From a virus: a stretch of DNA of 64,000 bases. A program made the position numbers and the translations under genes. Shown piece after piece: positions 21,095-30,882 of this stretch; position 1 is the first letter of the stretch, and every line of letters begins with the position of its first letter. A model generated the notes under the pieces. It made no database searches. It was not told the origin of the DNA and saw nothing but the letters and a program-made list of their open reading frames with translations. The stretch is from IMG/VR virus record IMGVR_UViG_3300002835_000018; one strand, written 5' to 3'.

Positions 21095-22590
21095 TTTTTT
21101 ACCCTTAAAGACTCATAATGGTTATAAGAATCAAATATTGAAGAAAGTTCTTTTAAAACCTTTTGTTTATCGTGCATTCTGTTGTTTAATTTAAATAAAC
21201 ACTTTTGTTTAATATGACCCAAATTTATTGGAATTTTTTTAAAAATCTTTTCAATGATCTCGTTGTTAGAGTTGCAATCTTTAAAATCTTTTGGCATTTC
21301 AACAAACTTTGGAGGCAAATCCCATTTGTTTTCTTGTTCTATTGAATAGAAAATGTTTTTAATTTTGTCGAATGTTTTTTCGTATGTATAATTTTTAACA
21401 ACTAAATCTCTTGTTTTTTTAGATATTGCTTTCCTTATAGGATATGGCTTTTTGAAAAAGTCGATGCAAATATCACTAAAACTAGAATTGTCTGGCAAAG
21501 CAAACTTTCTATTTGTTTCAACCTCATATGTATATCTTTGGACTTTTATTGGATAACCTTCTAGTTTTTTAACTATATCAGTCATTGCACTATAGTCTAC
21601 AGCACAAACTGGTACACCGCATGATGCTGCTTCAACTAGTGGCATACCAAAACCTTCTGCACAAGAGTATTGCACATATAGATCCATAAGGTTATACACC
21701 ATAACCATATCATCTCTTTTTGAGCCTTTTGACACTCTAGGAAATGTGCAATTGACCTGTTTACAATTATTACATTGTATAATCGCACCACAAAAAGAAG
21801 AGATTGAAAGTTTAAAACAGTTGTTGCAGTTATAAGAAAAAAGAACCTTGTTGGATATTTTTGGTCTTTCTGCAATAAGTCTAGGTATATTCCAACCAAC
21901 ATCTGGATAAGTTGTATGAAGATACAAAAAACATTTTTCAGAAATTTCTTTTGGTGCTTTATCTAAAAACTCAGAAAATGCATCAAGAAGATCTGGAATA
22001 AGTTTTCTTTTTTGGTTCCTCATTACAGAGCCAATAATTAATGATTCTTCATTTATTCCATGTTGTTTCTTAAATTTAATTTTATCTTCAACAGGTTTAA
22101 AGTTGGTGTCAAATCCTGGAGATGCTGAACCTAAAATGTTTATACTAGGATATAGACTTGCAAGTTCTTCTGCTGCCCAATCAGAGTATGTTAAAACATG
22201 ATCTGCTCTGCTTATAGTGTCAACCCAATCAACATCTAATGGCAAAGCATCAACAGTTGGCATGTAGACCCATTTAAAGTTGTTTCTTAATACAGAATCG
22301 CCAATAAATTCATCTACCCAAGGATCTCTAAATGACCAAACTATATCTGGTTTAAAATCTATTAAAACATCATTTAATATATCTTCACCAAAGATGTTTG
22401 ACTTTTTTGGAACAACATAACTTTTCCAAGGTATTTCATCTGATCTACTGTCGCTTCCATGACAACTTATTTCAGCAAGATCAAAGTCCTTGGTGTCATA
22501 AAGCCTCTTCATTATCTGGAAACCATAATTGGAATATCCAGAATTAAGATAAGAGGCTTCACTAACAAGAAGGACTTTTCTTTTTTGCAT
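21091..22590 (-). CDS. Glycosyltransferase family 4 with inserted CxxC-CxxC zinc ribbon
   Basis: RNQKRK, EGFGMPLVEAASCG; CNNC...CNNC insertion. Confidence 0.85.
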   Translation of the reverse strand: MQKRKVLLVSEASYLNSGYSNYGFQIMKRLYDTKDFDLAEISCHGSDSRSDEIPWKSYVVPKKSNIFGEDILNDVLIDFKPDIVWSFRDPWVDEFIGDSVLRNNFKWVYMPTVDALPLDVDWVDTISRADHVLTYSDWAAEELASLYPSINILGSASPGFDTNFKPVEDKIKFKKQHGINEESLIIGSVMRNQKRKLIPDLLDAFSEFLDKAPKEISEKCFLYLHTTYPDVGWNIPRLIAERPKISNKVLFSYNCNNCFKLSISSFCGAIIQCNNCKQVNCTFPRVSKGSKRDDMVMVYNLMDLYVQYSCAEGFGMPLVEAASCGVPVCAVDYSAMTDIVKKLEGYPIKVQRYTYEVETNRKFALPDNSSFSDICIDFFKKPYPIRKAISKKTRDLVVKNYTYEKTFDKIKNIFYSIEQENKWDLPPKFVEMPKDFKDCNSNNEIIEKIFKKIPINLGHIKQKCLFKLNNRMHDKQKVLKELSSIFDSYNHYESLRVKK

Positions 22591-22591
22591 A

Positions 22592-22963
22592 TTAGATTAC
22601 TTCTTCTTCGTCAACATTTTCAATGTTTGAATACGCATCTTCCTGTTTTTGATCTACATACCAAAATTTTTGTACAAGAAATTTAATTTTATATCTATTC
22701 TTTCCGGTGTCTTTATCAATCCAATTATCTGTTTTTGCAGATGTATGTACTAATATCCTAGAACCTTTTTTAAAATACTTGTTTATTAAATCAGCGGTTC
22801 CTTCCCAAGCTACACAATCAATAAATGTTGTGTCTGCTTTATCTTTATTGCCAGTATTTGGGTTTCTAACAGCCATAGAAAAATTTATTACATTTTTTCC
22901 ATTTTGTAATTGTACATATTCTGGTTCTCTAGTTAAACGACCCATAAAACTACAAATGTTCAT
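22592..22963 (-). CDS. ssb: Single-stranded DNA-binding protein
   Basis: GRLTREPE, FIDCVAW, KKGSRI, acidic tail. Confidence 0.9.
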   Translation of the reverse strand: MNICSFMGRLTREPEYVQLQNGKNVINFSMAVRNPNTGNKDKADTTFIDCVAWEGTADLINKYFKKGSRILVHTSAKTDNWIDKDTGKNRYKIKFLVQKFWYVDQKQEDAYSNIENVDEEEVI

Positions 22964-22971
22964 TTCTGCTC

Positions 22972-24594
22972 CTAAATTTGAAAAACCTTTTTAACTAAAA
23001 GAGAATCACTACCCCTGCTTTTTTCACCATGAATTAAAACAGTATTGCCCTCTTTTAACAAAGACGAACTATCTTTGTACGAGTCTGGAAAACATATTAC
23101 ATCATCCACTTTTCCAGTTGAATCTGATATAGACATAAAAGCCATTTTAGATCCTGGAGATTTACCAGCCTTTGTTACAACCTCTTTGCATCTTCGTATT
23201 TCAACTCCAAAAATCATAAAACCAGTTTTTCCATTTAAAAATTCTTTGCATGTAGTATTGGCTTGTGCAGTATCGCATGAATCAATTGCGTTACAAGTCA
23301 AAGAAATGCCCAAAGCATCCTTTTCTGACCAAATTAACCATTGAGGAAGATCAATGTGTGGAGATGGTGGATTAATAAGCAAATTGGCCAAGTCCTTCAA
23401 AAACAATACCCTGTTTTGGTTAGAGCAACCACCATTTTCCTTTTTTGGTTTTGCTGCTGAAGATATTAATTCAGCAATAGTAGATTCTGTAAAATTAATT
23501 TTAATCCATTCTCTTTCTTTATCTGTTAACTGTACCCAAGAATTATATTCTGCTAAAAGTTTTTGTCTACATGAATTATATCTTTTAAATCCACCAACAG
23601 ATATTAGTTTTATTATAGTAGAGCTTGGTATTTCATCGGAACAAAATACTACGAAATTTTCCCAAGTATTTAGCTTATCTTTGTTCTTTTCCATAGATGC
23701 TTTAAGTTTATTGAATTGTGATTCACCAATACCTTTAATATCAGTGATACCAAACCATATGTTTAAACCATCAGTTGCAAAATTTTTATTTAGTTTAAAA
23801 GCATCTGGTGCTAAAACATCGATGTTAAATTTTCTTGCATCTTCAACAAGATCCATTATCTCAAGTTGAGAATCGAGCTTATCCTTTGCGTAATATAACC
23901 AACTGCAATAAAACTGAACTGGAAAATGACTTTTTAAATAAGCAGTATCGTATCCAGTTAAACCATAACAACAACTATGACTTTTATTAAATGAGTACCT
24001 TTGACTTTGTTCAATCCAACTAAATATTTCTTCGGCCTGTTTTTCGCTTACAACCTCAACTTTTTTAGCACCTTCAATAAATAATTTTTTACATTTTGCC
24101 ATTTCACTAGCAAGCTTTTTACCCATAGCCTTTCTTAGCTTATCAGCTTCTTGCAAGGTAAAGCCAGCTACAGACTTAGATAACTCCATAGCCTGTTCTT
24201 GAAACACCAATGATCCATATGTTGACTTCAAAATTTCATCAACAACAGGATGATATGACTCAACTGGTTCTTCAAAGTTGGCTCTTTTGCAATAGTGGGC
24301 GGTCATACTAATGCCGTTTTCATCTAATGCACGAAGTGTTCCTGGCCTAATCAATGCACCAATGGCAGATAAATGTTCTGCGTTCTTTGGCCTTAGTCGT
24401 TTACTCCATTGTTTACCAAGATCTGATTCAAGCTGGAATACGCCTTTTGTGTCACCTCTGGCAAATAAATCCCAAGTTGACTGACAATATGGCAATTTTA
24501 ATGGATCAACTTCCATTAAGGGTAAAGCACCTTCTATCTTAGATTCTTCAATTATTGGCCAAGAACAACCACATTCAAACTTATAATATTTCAT
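22972..24594 (-). CDS. dnaE: DNA polymerase III alpha, C-terminal half (fingers, HhH, OB)
   Basis: GVFQLES, ALIRPG, VFQEQ, ADKLRKAMGKK, YSFNKSH, IKGIG, MAFMSISD. Confidence 0.9.
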   Translation of the reverse strand: MKYYKFECGCSWPIIEESKIEGALPLMEVDPLKLPYCQSTWDLFARGDTKGVFQLESDLGKQWSKRLRPKNAEHLSAIGALIRPGTLRALDENGISMTAHYCKRANFEEPVESYHPVVDEILKSTYGSLVFQEQAMELSKSVAGFTLQEADKLRKAMGKKLASEMAKCKKLFIEGAKKVEVVSEKQAEEIFSWIEQSQRYSFNKSHSCCYGLTGYDTAYLKSHFPVQFYCSWLYYAKDKLDSQLEIMDLVEDARKFNIDVLAPDAFKLNKNFATDGLNIWFGITDIKGIGESQFNKLKASMEKNKDKLNTWENFVVFCSDEIPSSTIIKLISVGGFKRYNSCRQKLLAEYNSWVQLTDKEREWIKINFTESTIAELISSAAKPKKENGGCSNQNRVLFLKDLANLLINPPSPHIDLPQWLIWSEKDALGISLTCNAIDSCDTAQANTTCKEFLNGKTGFMIFGVEIRRCKEVVTKAGKSPGSKMAFMSISDSTGKVDDVICFPDSYKDSSSLLKEGNTVLIHGEKSRGSDSLLVKKVFQI

Positions 24595-24596
24595 AA

Positions 24597-25235
24597 TTAC
24601 TTTCTAAATGCATCTTTAAATTTAATCTTTGGAAAAATGCTTCTGTGCAACTTTAAAAAGTGCAAAATAATATCAGAAGTCTGCAAAACATCGGTTAAAG
24701 CATCATGAGCATTAGCCTTAGATAATCCAAAAAAGTCTCTAAGTGTATCCATCTTGTAATTTGGAACTACTGTAGTGTTATCAAACCACAACATCATTAT
24801 TTCATCAAGATCATACATGTTTCTTCTATTTAACAAATTTTGATTTCCGTTTTTATCTACATAACCAAGCTCTGAGCAAACCCTTTGAAAAATTGGCATG
24901 TCAAAATGTCTTATGTTTTTCCCTGCTGGAATTGGTGCAGAAATATTTCCTTTGCCGTTATTAAACATAGAAATAAAATCTGAAAGCTTTTTCCAAACAG
25001 CATCAATGCTTGGTGCAAGCTTCAATTCTTCTCTTGTCTTTTTATTTATTGCAAGAGCTTCATCTTGAAGATTGTTAAAATCTCTTGGCTTTATCAATGT
25101 TTCAAAAATACCGTCTTTGATTGGTTCAAGAGTTTTTCTATTTATTGCCATAGCTGCAACTTGAATAACTTCGCACTTGTTTATATCTAAAGATCCAGTT
25201 TCAAAATCAAAAACCATAATTGTATTACTATACAT
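24597..25235 (-). CDS. DEDDh 3'-5' exonuclease (DnaQ/epsilon-like)
   Basis: VFDFETGS, NIRHFD, AHDALTD. Confidence 0.9.
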   Translation of the reverse strand: MYSNTIMVFDFETGSLDINKCEVIQVAAMAINRKTLEPIKDGIFETLIKPRDFNNLQDEALAINKKTREELKLAPSIDAVWKKLSDFISMFNNGKGNISAPIPAGKNIRHFDMPIFQRVCSELGYVDKNGNQNLLNRRNMYDLDEIMMLWFDNTTVVPNYKMDTLRDFFGLSKANAHDALTDVLQTSDIILHFLKLHRSIFPKIKFKDAFRK

Positions 25236-25505
25236 TTATTCCTCATTCTCTGTAAATTGTAAAATAATGGATTCTTCTTCATCGGTTGTAATATCTAATT
25301 TAAAGTTATTGTCATCAGCAGAATCAAAAAATTCTTTTTCTATAACAAAATCACCGTTGTTTTTTAACACAATGGCTTTAAGTATTTTTATAAATTGCAA
25401 AGAAAGTTGACTTTTTGAATTTTGACATTCTGATAGAGCTTGAACCAATCCCATTTGTTGAGATACTAGTTTTGCTATTAATTCAATTTCTTCTTTTTCA
25501 CTCAT
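25236..25505 (-). CDS. Small acidic hypothetical protein between the dnaE halves
   Basis: 89 aa; overlaps the end of dnaE-N and abuts the exonuclease gene. Confidence 0.6.
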   Translation of the reverse strand: MSEKEEIELIAKLVSQQMGLVQALSECQNSKSQLSLQFIKILKAIVLKNNGDFVIEKEFFDSADDNNFKLDITTDEEESIILQFTENEE

Positions 25506-27411
25506 TTTCTTTTCCTTTCAATAAATTTATGCACCCCATTATTTTATCTAAAACTGCAACCCCTAAAATATCAAACTTAACTAAACCAATTGATTCAAGA
25601 TCTGACATTTCAAGACCAGCAATCATTTGCTTATTCTTTTTATCGTAAATCATAGGACATATATCTTTTAAAGGAGTATGGCTTATGACAATTCCAGCAG
25701 CATGTTTTCCTTGGCTACGCTTGGTTCCTTCAAGCCTAATTGCTTGTGCAAACTCTTTTGACAATTTTCCTGTTATATTACCATGTTCGTCTATCTGACA
25801 ATAATCTTTAAGCTTTGAAGGAATATTTTCTAGTGCCCAACCAATGATTGACGATTCTCCACCATCTTCCTTCATTTCTTGAAGCTGTTCAGATATTTCA
25901 GCTTCATCAGGTATGTTTTTTGTAATAGCATTACTTTCATCAAAGGAAAAACCGTGTGCCCTCAATACATCTTTTAAAGCACCTCTGCCCTGCATCCTAC
26001 TATATGTTATCATTTGCGAAACATTTTCTTCTTTGTACTTTGATTTAATATAATCAATAACCTTGTCTCTTTTGGTGATTGGAAAATCACAATCTATATC
26101 AGGAAGACTTACATGACCAGGAACATTTCTTCCAGCGTTATAAAAACGCTCAAAAACTAAATTGTGCTCAATTGGATCTACTTGAGTTATTCCAAGCAAA
26201 TAAGAAACCATACAACCAGCACCTGATCCACGCCCTCTTCCTGTTAACCATCCTTGTTTTCTAGCCCAATTACAATAATCTTGAACAATTAAAAAGTAAC
26301 CTTCAAGACCAGCATCACCTATAACAGAAAGCTCATTTTTAATTCTTCCAACATAATTTTCAAACTTTGATGAATCTTTTTCTAAATCTGAAAACTTTTC
26401 TTTCCAACCGTTTCTACAAAGCTCTCTTAAATAATCGTGTTCATTTTTGCTTTCTGGACATTCAAAACTTGGAAGAACCGATTTTTTTGTTAAAGAATAA
26501 TTCTCGCACATCTCTTCAATCAACAAACAGTTTTTTAATTCTTCTGGTTCATGAAGGGCTAAAATCTCTTCAGTAGATGGAATGTAATATCTATTTGATT
26601 TAAAGAAGCTAGATAATCCAAAATCTTCGTGTTTATCTAAAGATGACCTTACTTTAGAAAGAGTTGTTTCCATAGATGCACACAAGATTATTCTTTGATC
26701 AGAAGCATCCTCTTGTTTAGCGTAATGAGCATCAGGAGTAGCTATTGCCTTAATGCCTGTTTCTTTAGATAGTTTTCTAAGACATTCAGCAAGGACTACA
26801 GAACAATGTAGATTGTCTTTATCGAAAAGCTGTATTTCAATAAAAAAGTTTTCTTTGCCAAAAATGTCTTGATGCTTAGAACATAATTTTTTAGATTCTT
26901 CAAACCAATCGTCTTTAATTAAAGCTCTTGCTTCTTCTGGACTGGCACACTTGTATGCCTCATCTGGAAAAATGCATCTGGCCAATTGTGTTCCTGGGTG
27001 TCCAGAGAATGCTATTAAGTTTTTTGAATATGGTGCAAAATCTTCCAAGCTTAGTCTAGGCTTATAATAAAAATAATCTTTATTGTTTGATAAAGATGAT
27101 AGCTTTATAAGCTCAGACCAGCCAGAAATATTTTTAGCAAGAACACACAAGTGAGAATTTTTAGAATTAGTTTTATCATGAATCAAAGCACTTTGACTAC
27201 ATATGTAAAACTCACAACCTAGTATTGGTTTTATTTCTTCTGCAACACATGCTTTATTAAAAGAAATAGAGCCAGAAATAGTTCCATGATCAGTAAGAGC
27301 TATAGACTTGTGCCCAAGACTTTTAGCTCTTTTTGCCATAGATTCTGGCTTTGTTAAACCATCTAAAAGACTATAGTGAGAATGACAATGTAATGCTGTC
27401 CAATTATTCAT
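25498..27411 (-). CDS. dnaE: DNA polymerase III alpha, N-terminal half (PHP, palm, thumb)
   Basis: LHCHSHYSLLDG, TDHG, GRGSGAG, FERF, PDIDCDF, HAAGIV, KFDILG. Confidence 0.95.
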   Translation of the reverse strand: MNNWTALHCHSHYSLLDGLTKPESMAKRAKSLGHKSIALTDHGTISGSISFNKACVAEEIKPILGCEFYICSQSALIHDKTNSKNSHLCVLAKNISGWSELIKLSSLSNNKDYFYYKPRLSLEDFAPYSKNLIAFSGHPGTQLARCIFPDEAYKCASPEEARALIKDDWFEESKKLCSKHQDIFGKENFFIEIQLFDKDNLHCSVVLAECLRKLSKETGIKAIATPDAHYAKQEDASDQRIILCASMETTLSKVRSSLDKHEDFGLSSFFKSNRYYIPSTEEILALHEPEELKNCLLIEEMCENYSLTKKSVLPSFECPESKNEHDYLRELCRNGWKEKFSDLEKDSSKFENYVGRIKNELSVIGDAGLEGYFLIVQDYCNWARKQGWLTGRGRGSGAGCMVSYLLGITQVDPIEHNLVFERFYNAGRNVPGHVSLPDIDCDFPITKRDKVIDYIKSKYKEENVSQMITYSRMQGRGALKDVLRAHGFSFDESNAITKNIPDEAEISEQLQEMKEDGGESSIIGWALENIPSKLKDYCQIDEHGNITGKLSKEFAQAIRLEGTKRSQGKHAAGIVISHTPLKDICPMIYDKKNKQMIAGLEMSDLESIGLVKFDILGVAVLDKIMGCINLLKGKENE

Positions 27412-27428
27412 GTGCTGTTCCTAAAATT

Positions 27429-28127
27429 TTACTTTCTTAAATATTCTTTTACAATTAAACTAGACCAATTTTCCCAGTTCTTTTCTTCAACTTTAATAAT
27501 TTCTTTTTTAACAAAAGAACCTTCTGCCAATGCTTCTTCTTTAACTTTAAAAGTTGAATGATCTTGAAGATTGACACTATACACAACCCCAAAATGAACA
27601 GAGCTTACATCATTTGAGTCATCGTTTATTAATCCGATAAAGTGTGCATTTCTCAAATTGGAAAACTCAACTTCTTCTTCAATTTCTCTTTTACATGCAT
27701 TAGTGATAGTTTCACCATTTAGTCCATCGCATGGATTAACATGTCCACCAACACCCAATGACCATAAATCATGCAATCTATTTTCAGATCCTTTTTTAGA
27801 TCTTTGATAACAAAATGTTGAATCTCCACGATTGATCAAACAATATGGTATAACTTGTTTATAAGATTTGTCGTTTTCTGCAATATCACGATCAATATAA
27901 AACATATTGTCTGTCGAAAGAATTTTATCTCTCAAATTTTTCGCTTCAACTCCAGTAATGAATCCTTGAAACGAATCATTTTCCAATAATTCATTTTTAA
28001 AAACAAGAACCTTTTCACCATTGTATTTAGGTTCATATTTAACAATTTCTGGTGCAGGAGTTGGTGTTGTTCCAACTTCTTCTTTTTTGTTAGTAAAAAC
28101 AATGTCTTCCCATCTCCAATCAGCCAT
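27429..28127 (-). CDS. NUDIX-family phosphoesterase
   Basis: KQVIPY, ENRLH, SLGVGGHVN, REIEEE, VHFG; likely start MADWRW at 28127. Confidence 0.8.
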   Translation of the reverse strand: MADWRWEDIVFTNKKEEVGTTPTPAPEIVKYEPKYNGEKVLVFKNELLENDSFQGFITGVEAKNLRDKILSTDNMFYIDRDIAENDKSYKQVIPYCLINRGDSTFCYQRSKKGSENRLHDLWSLGVGGHVNPCDGLNGETITNACKREIEEEVEFSNLRNAHFIGLINDDSNDVSSVHFGVVYSVNLQDHSTFKVKEEALAEGSFVKKEIIKVEEKNWENWSSLIVKEYLRK

Positions 28128-29148
28128 TTTGATTCTCCCTATTAGATTGACCACCACCATCGCCATAAGATTTTACGGTATCTTTTTTGGCATGTTTAAC
28201 ATACGCATTATTAATACCAAGCTGTATTAACTCTTGATGCATATGATCACATATTGATTCATTTTCGGAATCTTTATGTTTTTCTTTATAGAAACTGCAA
28301 AGTCTAATGCATTTCCATTTGTCTTTTCCATAGTCTATTATTCTTGATGGCCTATTGCAATTCTTAATTTTTTCAAACTCTTTTTTTATCATTTCTTCAG
28401 TTGTTTTTATATCATCTTTTTGAAAACACAAAGAAAATGGTCCACCAGCTTTAACAAAAAATATTGTCATAATTATCATGTTTTCATTTGGATACAATTC
28501 ATTTAAGGCATAATGATACAATCTAAGCTGAAAATCATTGTACAAATCATCATAACCCTTCTCTTTTCCTGTTGACCAATTTTTTCTTTCTCCTGTTTTC
28601 CAATCAACATATTCTACTGTTTTTGAATCAACCCTTGTTATTAAGTCCATAGTTCCTTTTATTCGCAACTTTCCAGAAATTATTTGCCCATCTGGAAGAA
28701 AATAATCATAATTTGCCCAAGGTTTATCAATTTCAATGTCAAAATACTGTTCTGGCATCACAATATTTCTAGTTAGTGGTGAAAACATGCCATTATTAAA
28801 TAATAGAACATCCCACAACCACTTAGTGCATTCTTTAAAATCAAGATCTGTCCATTCATGTGTACTTTTGTTTTTATAATGATTGAAACCAGCCAATATT
28901 GCTGTTTCTGGTGACATTTCTGATGTTATAAACTCCATACCTAATTCAGAATCAGAGAACGAAATTGTTCCATTTTGTAGGCAAAGTTTTTTATTTGCCA
29001 ACAATTCTAAACCTTTATGTACGACATTACCTTTTTCTGCCTTTTTATTGGAGTCATCTTTAAAGCCAAGATTATAGGTCAACCAATACTTGTGCTGACA
29101 CCAAGAGTATGATGATACAGAACTAGACCTTAAGTAAGTTATAATCAC
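28120..29148 (-). CDS. PD-(D/E)XK exonuclease (RecB/Cas4-like)
   Basis: KGTMDL, VDWKTG, QLRLY; N-terminal Cys plus three C-terminal Cys. Confidence 0.8.
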   Translation of the reverse strand: MIITYLRSSSVSSYSWCQHKYWLTYNLGFKDDSNKKAEKGNVVHKGLELLANKKLCLQNGTISFSDSELGMEFITSEMSPETAILAGFNHYKNKSTHEWTDLDFKECTKWLWDVLLFNNGMFSPLTRNIVMPEQYFDIEIDKPWANYDYFLPDGQIISGKLRIKGTMDLITRVDSKTVEYVDWKTGERKNWSTGKEKGYDDLYNDFQLRLYHYALNELYPNENMIIMTIFFVKAGGPFSLCFQKDDIKTTEEMIKKEFEKIKNCNRPSRIIDYGKDKWKCIRLCSFYKEKHKDSENESICDHMHQELIQLGINNAYVKHAKKDTVKSYGDGGGQSNRENQNG

Positions 29149-29770
29149 TCTTTATCCAATCTAATTTCTTAAGAATTTTTAAAATTTCTGCTTTTTGTTC
29201 TTCTTTTGTCATTTTTTGATTGTCTAAAACAATATCAAATTTTTCACTGTTGTCCAATTCATTTTCGCTTATATGGTAATCATCTTCAGTGCTTTTTGTT
29301 AATCTTATAACAATTCCACCTTTTGCTTTAATGCTATCTATTTCATTTTCAAATCTTGCATCAGTAATGAAATTTAATGGACAATGACCATTTCTTATTT
29401 CATTAAAACAAGCATTTATATGTATGTCTTTGCACATTCTTCTGGCTATACCAGTTCCAAATTCCTGCAAAAATTCTCTAGCTGTCATTTTACCTGTTGG
29501 GGCTACTTCTTTTCCAATTTTGATTTCTTCGTAGTGTGGAAGATCTTCCCATAAATAATTTGTCAAAGTTTTTTTATCTTCAAATGATCCAAAGACTTGT
29601 TTGTGTCTTAAGCCAAAAAAGTCAATGGCTATTTTTTTCATTGGTTGTGCAAAAGAATAAATGGCTGATCTACAACCAAAAAGAGCCACAGAATTAAATG
29701 AAAGAAATCCAGCAATAGTATCTTTGCCAGAACCCTTTTTTCCAGAAAACCCAATTATTTTTTGTATCAC
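29123..29770 (-). CDS. Deoxynucleoside monophosphate kinase
   Basis: GKKGSGKDT, FAQPMK, REFLQEFGT, ITDARFENE, HISE. Confidence 0.9.
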   Translation of the reverse strand: MIQKIIGFSGKKGSGKDTIAGFLSFNSVALFGCRSAIYSFAQPMKKIAIDFFGLRHKQVFGSFEDKKTLTNYLWEDLPHYEEIKIGKEVAPTGKMTAREFLQEFGTGIARRMCKDIHINACFNEIRNGHCPLNFITDARFENEIDSIKAKGGIVIRLTKSTEDDYHISENELDNSEKFDIVLDNQKMTKEEQKAEILKILKKLDWIKSDYNLLKV

Positions 29771-30882
29771 AGCTTTTCCATAATGGGGAGTAAAAAACTT
29801 TTAACATCATCCACACTCATCTCACCAATATCTTTAAAACCATTCGGCAATTTTGGCTTAATTATTTTGAACATTCTACCAAGAGAAGATTCTATGCTAT
29901 TTCCAGCTTTTAAACCAGCCTCATCTGAATCAAACAATAGGATTAAATACAAAGCTCCAGATGACTCTAGTAAAATCTGTTGTGCATCTGTTAAAGATGA
30001 CCCAAATACAGCTAATGAATTTTTAATTCCAGATTCAGCAATTCTCCAAACATCTCCTGGTCCTTCCACCAATATGGCAACGCCAGTTTTTTTAATAGCC
30101 TCAATTGCAAAATTATAATTGTATAAATAATCTTTTTTAGAAAAACCTTTATTGTGACACCACTTAGACATATGAACATAACCATTGCAACTCGCTTCTT
30201 GTTCATGATAATGTTTACATGCTTCACACTTTTTATATTTTGTTCTTCCTGTGAAACCAACTATAAATTTTCCATCGGCATCATATACTGGAACAACTAC
30301 TCTGTCTTTAAATATGCCAACAGAAGAATTAGATTCCCCTATATCATAATTATTTAAACATTCTTCAGTATAACCCCTAGAAAGATAATATTTAGATGGT
30401 ATTGATAAGCTTGATCTTACAGAAGTCTTACTCCACTTATCTTGTTTTTCTTTTGTGGTCTTTGTAAATGCCGAAGACTCTAATATATTTTTAGTTTTAT
30501 TTGTAGATAATTTATCATCAATTGAAAAATCGTACAAGCTTTTTATTAAGTACAATGTTTCTGCAAATGATGCTATTTTATCTCCAGCTTTTGACCAGTT
30601 ATATTTACTGTGACTTATTAAACCTCTAATAAAACCAATGCTGTTATTGATAAAGTTTTTTTCACAATGGTGCGTGTAGCATATCCAGTTTCCTACATGT
30701 GTATTGCCAGATGTAAAAATATTGAATGCGGTTTTATTATCTCCACCATGTATTGGACATGGGCCAGAAAGATAAGCATCAGTGTAATTTAATTCAATAT
30801 CGAAGTGGTTTAAAACAACATCTATATTTTTTGAAATTATTTTATTTGCTAATTTAAAATCAATTTGTTCCTGAGATTTCAT
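29767..30882 (-). CDS. dnaG: DNA primase
   Basis: CPIHGGDN zinc finger; TOPRIM motifs VEGPGD and FDSDEAG. Confidence 0.9.
   Translation of the reverse strand: MKSQEQIDFKLANKIISKNIDVVLNHFDIELNYTDAYLSGPCPIHGGDNKTAFNIFTSGNTHVGNWICYTHHCEKNFINNSIGFIRGLISHSKYNWSKAGDKIASFAETLYLIKSLYDFSIDDKLSTNKTKNILESSAFTKTTKEKQDKWSKTSVRSSLSIPSKYYLSRGYTEECLNNYDIGESNSSVGIFKDRVVVPVYDADGKFIVGFTGRTKYKKCEACKHYHEQEASCNGYVHMSKWCHNKGFSKKDYLYNYNFAIEAIKKTGVAILVEGPGDVWRIAESGIKNSLAVFGSSLTDAQQILLESSGALYLILLFDSDEAGLKAGNSIESSLGRMFKIIKPKLPNGFKDIGEMSVDDVKSFLLPIMEKL

Noticed and set aside
24500-25600. Split intein or group I/II intron joining the dnaE halves
   Set aside because: There is no intein N-block after KFDILG and no HN/C block before the C-half. 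The intervening DNA is fully occupied by abutting genes, leaving no room for intron core structure.
28120-29148. Cas4-like gene as a sign of a CRISPR system
   Set aside because: No repeat-spacer array or other cas genes were seen; stand-alone PD-(D/E)XK exonucleases are common in phage replication modules.
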